Part shown: positions 9,924 to 19,303 of the stretch, piece after piece | Position numbering within the stretch: position 1 is the stretch's first letter | Layout: every line of letters starts with the position of its first letter | Made by a program: the position numbers and the translations under genes | The notes under the pieces: model-generated | The model's database searches: none | The model's input: only the letters and a program-made list of their open reading frames with translations | What the model was told of the DNA's origin: nothing | DNA from: an uncultured virus (IMG/VR IMGVR_UViG_3300017714_004846) | Lineage: Duplodnaviria; Heunggongvirae; Uroviricota; Caudoviricetes | Length of the DNA stretch: 64,000 bases | Direction: 5' to 3' (one strand) | Virus record (IMG/VR): IMGVR_UViG_3300017714_004846

Positions 9924-9935
9924 TTTATATACTGT
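9924..9935 (+). promoter_or_regulatory. canonical-type TATA box TTTATATACTGT
   Basis: Identical 12-mer also at 18798; each about 40 nt before an SD-led small ORF. Confidence 0.6.
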
Positions 9936-9965
9936 TAAGAGATATAGATAATAGAGGCGAGAAAA

Positions 9966-10139
9966 ATGGTGAAGAAGTATGAATGGGAAGACTATGGCAA
10001 GAAGTTTATGAATGTGACTTGTGATTGCGGAGGAGATATGGAAGAATATACGCACCCGAGAAAGTTATCGGTGTATGTATGTTTGAAGTGCTTTAACTGG
10101 GAAAAACAAACGGGCAAGTTCTTCTGCGACTTGGATTGA
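9966..10139 (+). CDS. 57-aa zinc-ribbon protein (not in ORF track)
   Basis: MVKKYEWEDYGKKFMNVTCDCGGDMEEYTHPRKLSVYVCLKCFNWEKQTGKFFCDLD; GAGG upstream. Confidence 0.7.
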   Translation: MVKKYEWEDYGKKFMNVTCDCGGDMEEYTHPRKLSVYVCLKCFNWEKQTGKFFCDLD

Positions 10140-10143
10140 GTAA

Positions 10144-10887
10144 TCACGAGGGTTGGGGCGAAGTATCGGCTCCACCCATTAACACAAATGTGACCATACT
10201 AAGTCCTGCGATAATAGCCACCAGTTTGCCAATGGAAACATCGGCTCCAGTGGAATCATCTTCCGACCCAGAATTTTGTTGTTGTTCGTAAGCATCTCGG
10301 ATGGCATCAATATCACTCTGATTAATACCAAAGGGAATATCAGATTCATCTTCTGGGGGAACGACTTCTACCTCATAACTGTAAAAATTGGGGTTTTGAC
10401 GAGAAGGTGTATCACAACTACCTGCAGTTAGCACCCGGTTGATAGTTACCCTATAAGTTCCTGCTTTGGCGGGGTAAATGGAAGCATACACTGTGCCATG
10501 TTCTTTGTCGCCACCATAAATAATTCCTCGGTTCACAATTGTTTTCTCACGACCTTCTGGACTGATATAGGTGACCGAATAATAAGCCGAATGATTGGGG
10601 TTGTAATTGTAATCAACTCCCCAGCCGCTGGTATCAGTGGAGCGAAGGCCCACCAGAATATCATTACGATACAAAGTTAGAGGTTCAGAAATATTGGGTT
10701 CGGAAGTAGCCACAGAATAAATGTGACGGCTATCGCATTTCCAAAAATCATCCGTTTCAATATCATAGTCATCCAATACTGTAATGTCTGAAGAGTTTTC
10801 TACTAATTCGTAACCTCCTCCAAAACCATGTCCGCCTCCTTCCCAAGCCGCTTTCAAAAAAGGCCATGATTTTTCAAAAAGCCACAT
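10144..10887 (-). CDS. beta-rich protein with C-terminal TM anchor
   Basis: ATG 10887 after GGAGG; C-terminal LVAIIAGLSMVTFVLMGG. Confidence 0.75.
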   Translation of the reverse strand: MWLFEKSWPFLKAAWEGGGHGFGGGYELVENSSDITVLDDYDIETDDFWKCDSRHIYSVATSEPNISEPLTLYRNDILVGLRSTDTSGWGVDYNYNPNHSAYYSVTYISPEGREKTIVNRGIIYGGDKEHGTVYASIYPAKAGTYRVTINRVLTAGSCDTPSRQNPNFYSYEVEVVPPEDESDIPFGINQSDIDAIRDAYEQQQNSGSEDDSTGADVSIGKLVAIIAGLSMVTFVLMGGADTSPQPS

Positions 10888-10888
10888 A

Positions 10889-11866
10889 TTAATTCCTCCC
10901 CATAGATGCCCAGAGACCGCCAATCAAAATAGCACTAACTACTGCACCAAAGATTTTCAGGGCGGCAGCGGATTGTTGTCGTTCTTCTTCCATAAGTGCG
11001 TCCAAGCCTGACATTTGAGTAGCAGATAAATATTGGGCCAAGTCAATATCTGACTTGTAGTTAATGGTGTAAATGTGCGCCAGCGTATAATTTACTGGGA
11101 AGGCACAACCGTATTTATTTTCTACTCCACGATATTTAGCAATAACCATTTGATAAACTACATAACTGATTTCGGCTACATCTTTGACAAGAATCGGGAT
11201 GGCTAATGTCCCTCCACTTAGCACCACTGCTATAATCTCTATCCAGATTTCTAAGACAATACCAAAATAGGTGGCAAAATCGTCCGAACCTCGTGTGGCT
11301 GCTTTTTCTGATGCCCAATCTGTAGCGTAAATTATTTCTATTGAAATTGGTGCTGCGGGCCAATCATCAGGAATAATGTAATCTTTCTCAAAATTGCCGT
11401 CTGCATCCGTTTCCACAGTTTCCTCTAAAAGCGTGGTGTAAAGTAAATCTGGATTTATTCTTTCCATCATCAATTTTTTAAGTTCAGCAGGATTATTTTT
11501 TAACTCAGGCATAGTCAGCATCAATTCTGTTTGTGTGCGAATCATTAGTCCCAAATTGGGTTGCACAAAACGAACTAACAATCTGTCCGACATTCCTTCA
11601 GGATTCGTTCTTTTGGTATCACGGTTATCTCCTGACATGGTTGTGGCTTGGAGATGAAAAACATTGTTTTCATTAGGAGAACCCAAATTATAAGTCCCGA
11701 CTTGAACGCCATCAACCGTAGAAACCTTAAATTTCTTACGAACTCCACGAGCAGAAATATGTTCCATGCTGGTAGTTAGTGCAGTATAACAATCTGGAGA
11801 TTCCATATCTTCGGACTCTTCCAAAATTTTGGACCAAGTATCGTCTTTAGCACTGGTGGTAATCAA
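10889..11866 (-). CDS. membrane protein, probable structural
   Basis: Internal hydrophobic segment and C-terminal TM; probable TTG start at 11866. Confidence 0.7.
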   Translation of the reverse strand: MITTSAKDDTWSKILEESEDMESPDCYTALTTSMEHISARGVRKKFKVSTVDGVQVGTYNLGSPNENNVFHLQATTMSGDNRDTKRTNPEGMSDRLLVRFVQPNLGLMIRTQTELMLTMPELKNNPAELKKLMMERINPDLLYTTLLEETVETDADGNFEKDYIIPDDWPAAPISIEIIYATDWASEKAATRGSDDFATYFGIVLEIWIEIIAVVLSGGTLAIPILVKDVAEISYVVYQMVIAKYRGVENKYGCAFPVNYTLAHIYTINYKSDIDLAQYLSATQMSGLDALMEEERQQSAAALKIFGAVVSAILIGGLWASMGRN

Positions 11867-11870
11867 GTTT

Positions 11871-12701
11871 TCACGCTCCAGCAGGTTCTGGTTCTTCTGG
11901 AGCAATTGCATCAGCAACGGAATCCAGTCCAGAGCCTACTGCTTTGGTTCCAACGAAGATAACATTCATGATTTTATAGACCACATATCCCAATACTATC
12001 CAAATAACTAAGGTAATGAATCCTCTCATCCTACCCCAAAAAGCCACAACTTTGGCTGTAGCACCTTTAGGCAAGATACCAAATCTTTCTAAAGTTGAAG
12101 TGACACCAGTAAATAAATCTAAAGTTCCGCTCCACATTAAAACTCCTACACCTGCAATAACTATAAATCCAGTAGAGGTTCGGGGGTATTTCTTAGCAGT
12201 AGCAACAGTGCCGTTCAGTAATTTTCTGCCAAATCCTTCCGTAGCAGCCTCAACTACCTCGTCCGATGCACCTGCTTCAGCCAACTCATCGGCAGACTTA
12301 CCAATCACATTACGAGCCGATTTTTTAGTGGTAGCCTTTGCCATAGCAGTGAATTTACTGTTCAGAGCCTTAGATAAATCATCTACCAGACCCAAATCAC
12401 CAAGGTCTTCCGCAATTTCAGTAGCCACTTTGTTAGACTCCTCCCCAATATTTCCTACCACTTTAGCAAAAGAAGAGGGCGAGTCCTTTCCAGCAGCAGT
12501 GACGAGTTTTCTATCAAAATTGGTAGTTTTTTGTAAAATTGAGGTATCAATATCTGCGGCTAATTGTTTAGTATAATCGTCCAGATTTTTTCTTGTAGCG
12601 TCCAATCCAGCATCGGCCAGCCTTTTTCTGATTAATTTCTGACCCTTTCGGCCCTTAGAAACGGTTTTACCTACCGACTTGACGACTTTTGCCTTTGCCA
12701 T
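11871..12701 (-). CDS. Ala/Lys-rich helical protein with two TM segments
   Basis: 276 aa; promoter ttaaatagca (12721-12730, minus) 29 nt upstream. Confidence 0.8.
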   Translation of the reverse strand: MAKAKVVKSVGKTVSKGRKGQKLIRKRLADAGLDATRKNLDDYTKQLAADIDTSILQKTTNFDRKLVTAAGKDSPSSFAKVVGNIGEESNKVATEIAEDLGDLGLVDDLSKALNSKFTAMAKATTKKSARNVIGKSADELAEAGASDEVVEAATEGFGRKLLNGTVATAKKYPRTSTGFIVIAGVGVLMWSGTLDLFTGVTSTLERFGILPKGATAKVVAFWGRMRGFITLVIWIVLGYVVYKIMNVIFVGTKAVGSGLDSVADAIAPEEPEPAGA

Positions 12702-12726
12702 ACCTATTATTCCTCCTTATTGCTAT

Positions 12727-13569
12727 TTAAGTTTGTTTCCAGAAAATCAAGGCCAAATTGTGTCCCGAATCTCTTCCGCCACCTGCAACTATCCATTTTT
12801 CAAACACTTCAGCCTTCACAGGAATCACTCGGCGCATTTCAGGGTTGTGGTCTGGACCTGTAATCTTTTCTATGGCCTCTTGAAATGAATTTTCCATCCA
12901 TTCACCTACATCTACATCTTCAGGAAGTTGTAAATCATCTGAATTTCCATTCCAGAATTTTTGGTCTTTCAACCACCAGAGCCACATTATGTTGTCATTT
13001 TCATCCCAAATCTGTGCTGGCTCATTAGGAGCAGTGTATCCCAAGTCTCCAAAATTTCCCGATTCATTACCCAGAGCCGGAATACTCATCATACTTACTT
13101 GTTCATATTCGTTTTCTTCAGATTGGGCTAACAATTCTTCCTCAAACCTCTGCCAAATTTCTGGGTCGCCTTGTTGCACCACTTCCCACCAGCGTTGTCC
13201 TAATAATAGCGGATATTTATGGTGTTCATCACTTGAAGTTCCCATGCCTTCCAAAATAGCATCCATTATGGGGTCGGCATCTTGATAGGGTTGGATTTCT
13301 CCAGATTCATCAGTGTTAAAATAGATAGAGAATTCATCTGGTAGTAGATTTCCGAAACGATATTCTTTTAGAAATTGATAATGCACTAAAGGAAATAATT
13401 CTAACCAAACTTTTTGCAAACTGGTATTGACTACTGTAAAGAGCGGAGGAATAACTCCCATGATGGGAATATCCCACAATCCTACTACACCCCAGATAGA
13501 TTCTGGTTCTTCTTCTTGTAATTCAGGAAGAACTTTCTGCAACCAATTAATCGGAGCAGGTAGACTCAT
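12727..13569 (-). CDS. acidic hypothetical protein, N-terminal LPAPINW motif
   Basis: Starts MSLPAPINWL; promoter ttaactaaca 13589-13598 (minus), 29 nt upstream. Confidence 0.85.
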   Translation of the reverse strand: MSLPAPINWLQKVLPELQEEEPESIWGVVGLWDIPIMGVIPPLFTVVNTSLQKVWLELFPLVHYQFLKEYRFGNLLPDEFSIYFNTDESGEIQPYQDADPIMDAILEGMGTSSDEHHKYPLLLGQRWWEVVQQGDPEIWQRFEEELLAQSEENEYEQVSMMSIPALGNESGNFGDLGYTAPNEPAQIWDENDNIMWLWWLKDQKFWNGNSDDLQLPEDVDVGEWMENSFQEAIEKITGPDHNPEMRRVIPVKAEVFEKWIVAGGGRDSGHNLALIFWKQT

Positions 13570-13629
13570 AATAATTATTGGGTCATTCTGTTAGTTAAAC
13601 TTATGTAGCAACACCACGAAAGTAATGTT

Positions 13630-14019
13630 ATGGAGATTCGCAAACTTATCAATTGGATGCGGTCCCCATGGGTTTGGAGAATGTTCTTGGAAGTCCCTTA
13701 CGAGGGAGGTTATGTTTTCGGTCAATACTACCCCGATAATTCTTCCCAAGCCGCAGAACGCTTAATTAGATATGCCATAGTATACGCTAAGGAAGAGAAA
13801 CCCACTGGTATAATAGTAGATATGAAAGATGAGCCTTCCCGAGTATATAATTTAGAAACAGAGGACATGGATGGAGATGAGCCATTATCACCGACTAATA
13901 CCCGAATACTCAAATTACTAACCAAAGATATGAAAAGTCCTAATTTCATTACGGCTTATTATGAAAATTATGATACTTTAAATCTATCACGATACAATTT
14001 GTATCAGGATGTCCAATAA
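13630..14019 (+). CDS. hypothetical protein, N-terminal LINW motif
   Basis: Starts MEIRKLINWMRSP; promoter ttatgtagca 13601-13610, 29 nt upstream. Confidence 0.8.
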   Translation: MEIRKLINWMRSPWVWRMFLEVPYEGGYVFGQYYPDNSSQAAERLIRYAIVYAKEEKPTGIIVDMKDEPSRVYNLETEDMDGDEPLSPTNTRILKLLTKDMKSPNFITAYYENYDTLNLSRYNLYQDVQ

Positions 14020-14084
14020 TGGACATTATAGAAAAGTTTGACTGAGAAGGAAGTTTGAAATAGTTTGGAGCGGTAAGTGGTATC

Positions 14085-14240
14085 ATGGGATTGCGACAAT
14101 TTGATGAACGCATGAAGATTTGTAGGGCTTGTCCACAACTCCAACGCAAACTCACAGGCAGTTATTGTAAAATCTGCGGATGTAATATGAAGGTTAAAAC
14201 TCAAGTGGCTTCAGCCGAATGTCCTCTCAAAAAATGGTAA
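14085..14240 (+). CDS. 51-aa Cys-rich protein (DUF6171-like; not in ORF track)
   Basis: MGLRQFDERMKICRACPQLQRKLTGSYCKICGCNMKVKTQVASAECPLKKW; promoter ttgaaatagt 14055-14064. Confidence 0.75.
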   Translation: MGLRQFDERMKICRACPQLQRKLTGSYCKICGCNMKVKTQVASAECPLKKW

Positions 14241-14271
14241 TGTTAAATAGGTAATGATATAACAATAAATC

Positions 14272-14574
14272 ATGCCCCAAGTAACAGCAAGTTTGTTTAA
14301 CAACCAGAATGAAGCAATGACTCACGCCAACAGCGTAATCGGTTCTCTTGACCTCCAAGATGTCTTGAACCCCAAGCGTTTGGTGCAAGTTGTTCATCCT
14401 AACCAAGTTCATAGTTCCGAAACCATGTGGCTTGTAATTGAACCACAAAATTTAGAGGGTTTGGTTGCCAAGCGAAATGCTATTCGTGCTGAGGCCATGC
14501 AAAAATTGGCAAAGTTGGAAGACCAAGTTGCTTCTCTTCGTTCCGCTCATGGATTTTTGGGTAGTGAAGAATAA
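14272..14574 (+). CDS. hypothetical protein with C-terminal coiled coil
   Basis: Promoter ttaaataggt 14243-14252, 29 nt upstream. Confidence 0.8.
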   Translation: MPQVTASLFNNQNEAMTHANSVIGSLDLQDVLNPKRLVQVVHPNQVHSSETMWLVIEPQNLEGLVAKRNAIRAEAMQKLAKLEDQVASLRSAHGFLGSEE

Positions 14575-14591
14575 ATCGGAGGTGGCCTCTG

Positions 14592-15188
14592 ATGAGGCAA
14601 ATTGACTGTCCCGATGGAAAAGCCATTTCTGGTTTTGAAGTGTATGAGCCTCAAACCGAAGAAGTAGGTTTTGAACAACAGCGTGGACGCAGTAAGAATT
14701 TCGTGTCTACCACCGCATTCTGCCCACAGTGTAGTAAATTATACGAGTGGGATAACCGTTTTGGTGAACCCAAGGTTAAATGGAGCCTTAATCGTGCAGA
14801 TTATTGCTTTGATTTGATTTATGAGTGGGATGATAATGGCGAGAAATATGTCAAATGTAATTCCTGTGGTTTTGATTTAAGAGAAGAACCCACTGGTATG
14901 CAAGCCATGAAAAGTTCATCACCTAAAGAGAAAAGAAAGGTTGATTTTCACCAAGAATGGCTTCGCAGCGTAGAGGTTAATGGAAATCATTTTGTGATGG
15001 AGATTGAAGAATTCAAGCGCATGGCGGTAATTGGATACAAATCTAAACTCACTATGAATCCTTGTGCCAAGGTGGGCAATAATAACTACTACATTCCTTG
15101 GGATGATTATGTGGAATATTACGAAAGTCTAACGGTTCAGGGCAAGAGTGTAATCGGTTTGGCACGAAAATATTGGAAATCTCTTTGA
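14592..15188 (+). CDS. zinc-ribbon protein
   Basis: CPQC and CNSC pair; SD GGAGGTG upstream. Confidence 0.75.
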   Translation: MRQIDCPDGKAISGFEVYEPQTEEVGFEQQRGRSKNFVSTTAFCPQCSKLYEWDNRFGEPKVKWSLNRADYCFDLIYEWDDNGEKYVKCNSCGFDLREEPTGMQAMKSSSPKEKRKVDFHQEWLRSVEVNGNHFVMEIEEFKRMAVIGYKSKLTMNPCAKVGNNNYYIPWDDYVEYYESLTVQGKSVIGLARKYWKSL

Positions 15189-15223
15189 ATAAGTTGAAAT
15201 AGTCGGGGAACTGAACTATAACT

Positions 15224-16027
15224 ATGTCAGAGCCTAATCCGTTGTTTGTTAATCTATCACGGATGTTGCAATCCAACAATGTTAGTGTAATCAATTGGAA
15301 TCCTCAAGGCACTGGATTGATTAGACAAGCGCAATTACCTAAAGTCCATACCAAAGCAACCCAAAGATTAGGAACCACTGGTGGAACTGTCTACAATTTT
15401 GTGGACCCTCCTTGTGGCACTTGGGGAGAATTAAGTTCTTGGGTCACCGCATTAAGAAATAAACACTCTAACAGAGCCAATTCTTGGAATCCACGCCGAA
15501 ATCATTTTGGAGGTTTAATGCCCGAAGCAACCTACCAAGTCACTAATGGTTTAGATGTGCGAGATAGTCGTTTCACCAATGGTGGACAATATGCTATGAA
15601 AGATGGCACCGAAATGAGATTAACTTGTCGTGGCTCTGGATGTAATACCGAATGGAAGAGGAGCGAAAGACAAAAAAATGCGGGTTATGCTAACAAATGT
15701 CCTCGTTGTGGAACTAAAGATAATTTTACGGAAACAGGACCACACCAGATTCAATATGCTCAATTAACATTTCCTGTGGCATTAGTCTCAAATCCCTCTT
15801 GCACTATTGGTTTTGTAAATCTTTATGGGCAAGAAGCAGAGCGTTTGCAAGATATTATTGCTCCGGGCGTTAAATTCAAAGCCCGATTTTATGGCAAGGC
15901 AGGAAAAAGAAGCAGACAAAAGCAAACTGGAAGAGGCTATGAATGGTATAACTATCTTTTAATGACTTTGGGAAGTGCTGCCTATAATGCTCAAAATCAA
16001 AGAACAGGATTTATACAAATAATATAA
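15224..16027 (+). CDS. zinc-finger protein, possibly RPA-like OB fold
   Basis: CRGSGC..CPRC followed by beta strands and VNLYGQEAERL, resembling Zn-containing RPA OB folds (inference); VINW near N-terminus. Confidence 0.5.
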   Translation: MSEPNPLFVNLSRMLQSNNVSVINWNPQGTGLIRQAQLPKVHTKATQRLGTTGGTVYNFVDPPCGTWGELSSWVTALRNKHSNRANSWNPRRNHFGGLMPEATYQVTNGLDVRDSRFTNGGQYAMKDGTEMRLTCRGSGCNTEWKRSERQKNAGYANKCPRCGTKDNFTETGPHQIQYAQLTFPVALVSNPSCTIGFVNLYGQEAERLQDIIAPGVKFKARFYGKAGKRSRQKQTGRGYEWYNYLLMTLGSAAYNAQNQRTGFIQII

Positions 16028-16036
16028 GGTGATACA

Positions 16037-16204
16037 ATGAAGGGAAAAACATTAGGAATACCAAATTCAATAATGACAATATTGGTTATAGACGCAATAG
16101 TTATTGGATTATACACGATAGGAACGCTGAATACTTCAAAAAAATTGGTCGGGGCTAAAATCATAGGAACAACTGCCTTGGTCGGAGCCTCTATGATAGC
16201 ATAA
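16037..16204 (+). CDS. 55-aa membrane protein (not in ORF track)
   Basis: SD AGGTGA; MKGKTLGIPNSIMTILVIDAIVIGLYTIG..IIGTTALVGASMIA. Confidence 0.6.
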   Translation: MKGKTLGIPNSIMTILVIDAIVIGLYTIGTLNTSKKLVGAKIIGTTALVGASMIA

Positions 16205-16249
16205 TCAATGCTTAAATAGGTAAGACATAAGAGAGTCATAGGTGAGAGC

Positions 16250-16870
16250 ATGAGTTTAAGAGGAAAGTTTGAGGAAATGATGGCGCAAGGATTGGAAGAA
16301 GAGATTAGAAGTGTAGGTGAGGAATCGGGCATTGTAAATGCTAAAACTGCCCCAATTCTTCCTGTGATTGCTAAACTTGAAAATACCGAACCCTTTATTG
16401 TGGGTGCATTCCTCTTAGGACAAGATGAACACGGTGAAGCCGATTTAATGCTAACTGAACCAGACTTGCAAGACCCAGAGTTGCCTAATAAGGAAATTCA
16501 AGCGTGGATGAACTCGGTTATGATAATGGAAGGGCTCAAAGATTGCGATAGTCCTGCAGAACTACTCTTGGATTTCAACAGAGCCGTTATTGCTACTGCC
16601 AAAGAATTTTCTGATGCAGAAGTTATGGGTTGGGCTCCAATTTTTGAAGAGGTTCTCAATTATCGTCGTAGTAATAATCGCCGTAGCCTAAGACAAGTGG
16701 CGGCAGTGGGTAATATTCGGGAATTGTTGAAGCAAGCCCTCCAGAATATGATGTCTGAATTCGCTCACCACCTTAATAATTTTGATATGAAGGCTGCGGA
16801 CTTGGATGTGCAATCTTTTTTGGATGAGGACACAGAATTTTCAAGCGACTTTCAGGGGGAGTGGGCTTGA
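16250..16870 (+). CDS. hypothetical protein
   Basis: Promoter ttaaataggt 16212-16221, SD GGTGA. Confidence 0.8.
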   Translation: MSLRGKFEEMMAQGLEEEIRSVGEESGIVNAKTAPILPVIAKLENTEPFIVGAFLLGQDEHGEADLMLTEPDLQDPELPNKEIQAWMNSVMIMEGLKDCDSPAELLLDFNRAVIATAKEFSDAEVMGWAPIFEEVLNYRRSNNRRSLRQVAAVGNIRELLKQALQNMMSEFAHHLNNFDMKAADLDVQSFLDEDTEFSSDFQGEWA

Positions 16871-17052
16871 GTAATTATTTTATTGTAATCTATGATACAC
16901 TCTACACCTTAAGCGACCCTTTGGTGATGTCGGAAACTTCCGAAATATGTTTTACTACTCATGAGGCAGCCTCAGCACACGCCGAGAAAATTATGCAAGA
17001 CCCAGAAGTGGGAATGGCTACGGTCAGAAAAGTCTATTCTGTAGGAGAGTGA
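16861..17052 (+). CDS. small hypothetical protein
   Basis: Overlaps upstream stop; start uncertain (GTG or TTG). Confidence 0.55.
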   Translation: MGLSNYFIVIYDTLYTLSDPLVMSETSEICFTTHEAASAHAEKIMQDPEVGMATVRKVYSVGE

Positions 17053-17056
17053 ATTT

Positions 17057-17197
17057 TTGGGATTAGGCGGTGGATGGGGATTATATGAACCTCCTCAAGA
17101 AGAAAACAATAATTCTTCGTCAGGATTTTTAGCCATCTGGTTCGCTGTTTTTCTCTTTGTAATTGTTTTTTCTGTGGAAATGGCATTGGTTAAATAG
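17057..17197 (+). CDS. 46-aa single-TM protein (not in ORF track)
   Basis: TTG start; GFLAIWFAVFLFVIVFSVEMALVK. Confidence 0.45.
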   Translation: MGLGGGWGLYEPPQEENNNSSSGFLAIWFAVFLFVIVFSVEMALVK

Positions 17198-17219
17198 GTA
17201 ATCCAACACAGGATTATTC

Positions 17220-17459
17220 ATGAGCCGAAACCTTCGTGCAAGAGATATTGCAGCAAGACCGCAGGGTGTAGTCCAACAGGAAAAGCACACATGGAAAGTT
17301 CAATCCAGTGATGGTAAAACGCAATATACTGTCATTGATTGGGGCGACCGTAAAATGTGCAACTGTGTGGACTTTCGCCGCCGTAAGTCCGAATGCAAAC
17401 ATATCAAGGCAGTAGAATTTATTATTCTAAAAGAGCGTTTCGGTGATTTAATCCGATAA
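17220..17459 (+). CDS. SWIM zinc-finger protein
   Basis: WKVQSS..YTV..CNCVDF..CKHIKAV; promoter ttaaataggt 17190-17199. Confidence 0.85.
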   Translation: MSRNLRARDIAARPQGVVQQEKHTWKVQSSDGKTQYTVIDWGDRKMCNCVDFRRRKSECKHIKAVEFIILKERFGDLIR

Positions 17460-17460
17460 G

Positions 17461-17760
17461 GTGATAAAAGTGAGTATAAGAGCGAATAAATGGGTGGAAG
17501 CCGTAGCCGAAATGTTGAGAGAAAGAGCCATGATTAGCACAGAAATTGCTGAACAGTTAAAGGCAACAGGAAAAGGAGGTCGTTATCCTCCCACCCCTCG
17601 CCGTGTGACTTTTGTGTTAAGAAGCGACAAGAGATTCCGAGAATTGGGTGAAGAAGTTGTGGGGACAATTGCTCGCAACCGAAGCCATCCAGTGAAGTTA
17701 ATTGGTAGATTAGATACCAAATACGAGAATGAATCGCCTTACAGGGCGGTGCAACTATGA
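17461..17760 (+). CDS. small basic protein, possible winged-helix
   Basis: Helical N-half, STEIAEQL..PTPRRVTFVLR pattern (inference). Confidence 0.55.
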   Translation: MIKVSIRANKWVEAVAEMLRERAMISTEIAEQLKATGKGGRYPPTPRRVTFVLRSDKRFRELGEEVVGTIARNRSHPVKLIGRLDTKYENESPYRAVQL

Positions 17761-18089
17761 AAGCAAAGTGGACAGTCGTGAGCGATGTCTATTCCGAAAA
17801 TTCTTTCGGTATCGTGGACGAAGAAAAGAATGTGACTTTGACCTTTAATGTGGAAGTGGGTGAACCTAAACCCGATGGAAAGCAAAGAGGATGGTTTGAG
17901 TGGCATAATTCTTACGGTGGATGGTATGCCGAGGGCGGTTTATGGTTTCAGAACAACACTTTAGTTGATTACGATGGTGTGTTTTCACTGGCTGCGGAAA
18001 TTTTGGAGAAACTCCACGAGGCTGGCTTTGATGTCAAGGATATGGCAGAAACCTGCGCCCCAGAATTGAATTTGGAGGGTGCAGAATGA
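17757..18089 (+). CDS. hypothetical protein
   Basis: ATGA-coupled; AEGGLWF..LVDYDGVFSL. Confidence 0.75.
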   Translation: MKAKWTVVSDVYSENSFGIVDEEKNVTLTFNVEVGEPKPDGKQRGWFEWHNSYGGWYAEGGLWFQNNTLVDYDGVFSLAAEILEKLHEAGFDVKDMAETCAPELNLEGAE

Positions 18090-18568
18090 AATATTTAGTT
18101 CCTGTGTTGTTGCTAATGATGATGCTATCTGGATGTCTAAATTCGGGTGCAACTACTTCTGAAGACCCAGTGGTGCCTGAAATGGAAACAATCATAGAAA
18201 GCGAAAACCATAGTCATCAATTTATGAACATCCAACCCATGAGTGTAGCCAATAATACTGCCTATGAAGTAAATGGTAGCGTATGGGTCATGGCAAATTG
18301 GACTTGGGTATTTCATGAACCTGTGCTATGGGAACAAGGAAATATGACGATGCAAATTATGGTGGGTAATGAATCTAATAATACTGTGGTTTGGGAGTCT
18401 ACGCCAGCCAACAATACGGGCTCTTTCAATCTCTCTTTGGATTCTCTTAATACCACGCTCACGCTACGAGTGCAAGCCACGGGCAGTGATAATCCCACAG
18501 ATAATCTTCCTGCGGACTGGTTTCATGTGCATTGGTATGTAGAAGTTATGCGCCCAGTTAGTGCCTAA
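18086..18568 (+). CDS. putative lipoprotein (archaeal lipobox)
   Basis: MKYLVPVLLLMMMLSGCL signal with LSGC; several N-x-T/S sequons. Confidence 0.75.
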   Translation: MKYLVPVLLLMMMLSGCLNSGATTSEDPVVPEMETIIESENHSHQFMNIQPMSVANNTAYEVNGSVWVMANWTWVFHEPVLWEQGNMTMQIMVGNESNNTVVWESTPANNTGSFNLSLDSLNTTLTLRVQATGSDNPTDNLPADWFHVHWYVEVMRPVSA

Positions 18569-18630
18569 ATGGGTCTTGAAGCCACAATGTTTAAATAGGT
18601 CGGACTCCTACAGTATATTGAGAGAGTAAT

Positions 18631-18795
18631 ATGCTTAACAACAAGTGTCCACATTGCGAAAGTCAGAGAGGCTATTGGATTAGCCAAATTCATAATAATG
18701 ATGAAGCCGTTCATGTAGAAGTGGTTTGCTTAAACGAACCATGTCAGCAACCCTATTTCTTGTTCTATCGCTTCGCTGGAGTGATTAAGTCATAG
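18631..18795 (+). CDS. 54-aa zinc-finger protein (not in ORF track)
   Basis: MLNNKCPHCESQ..VVCLNEPCQQPYF; promoter ttaaataggt 18591-18600. Confidence 0.65.
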   Translation: MLNNKCPHCESQRGYWISQIHNNDEAVHVEVVCLNEPCQQPYFLFYRFAGVIKS

Positions 18796-18797
18796 AG

Positions 18798-18809
18798 TTT
18801 ATATACTGT
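18798..18809 (+). promoter_or_regulatory. canonical-type TATA box TTTATATACTGT
   Basis: Second copy of the 12-mer at 9924; precedes 25-aa ORF 18838..18915 coupled to 18912. Confidence 0.6.
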
Positions 18810-18911
18810 GGAGAAATAACATAAGTGAGGGAACAACATGAAAGACGAACTAAAACTAAGAATTGAAACCGAAGAATACATCTACGAAGAATGGATTATA
18901 GAGGTGAAAGC

Positions 18912-19244
18912 ATGAATGAATTTTTGATTGAAGGCTGGAAATCGGCACAAAAGGAAACTCGTCATTATTCAAAACCTCTACAACGATGGGTCTTTAATAC
19001 TCGCAGAGCGTGTGAAGCATTTTATCAGAAATTTCCTGATGAAGAATTTGCACTCATCTTCCGTCAAAACGAATCAGTAAAAACTGGATGGAATCATTGG
19101 ATGGTGCCAGCCTTTGTGGTAGACAAAGAAATGGAAGACAGAAATTTTGGAGAAGTTATTTGGTGCAAGGTGGGAAAATACCGAACCATGCTACGAGAGC
19201 AAAATAATTTCATGCGAAAGGCTGGTTGTGGAGGACACGACTGA
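18912..19244 (+). CDS. hypothetical protein
   Basis: ATG 18912 after GAGGTGA. Confidence 0.7.
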   Translation: MNEFLIEGWKSAQKETRHYSKPLQRWVFNTRRACEAFYQKFPDEEFALIFRQNESVKTGWNHWMVPAFVVDKEMEDRNFGEVIWCKVGKYRTMLREQNNFMRKAGCGGHD

Positions 19245-19275
19245 AACACATAGGTATATGAATCTATGCTAATGC

Positions 19276-19285
19276 TTAAATAGGT
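19276..19285 (+). promoter_or_regulatory. TTAAATAGGT-class promoter of tfb
   Basis: Exact motif upstream of tfb. Confidence 0.75.
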
Positions 19286-19303
19286 AGACACCACAAGAGA
19301 GGA

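Noticed and set aside
12016..12576. 186-aa plus-strand ORF and similar antisense ORFs (19628, 37810, 43366, 46260)
   Set aside because: They lie antisense to better-supported genes and lack the promoter motif and any recognisable protein features.
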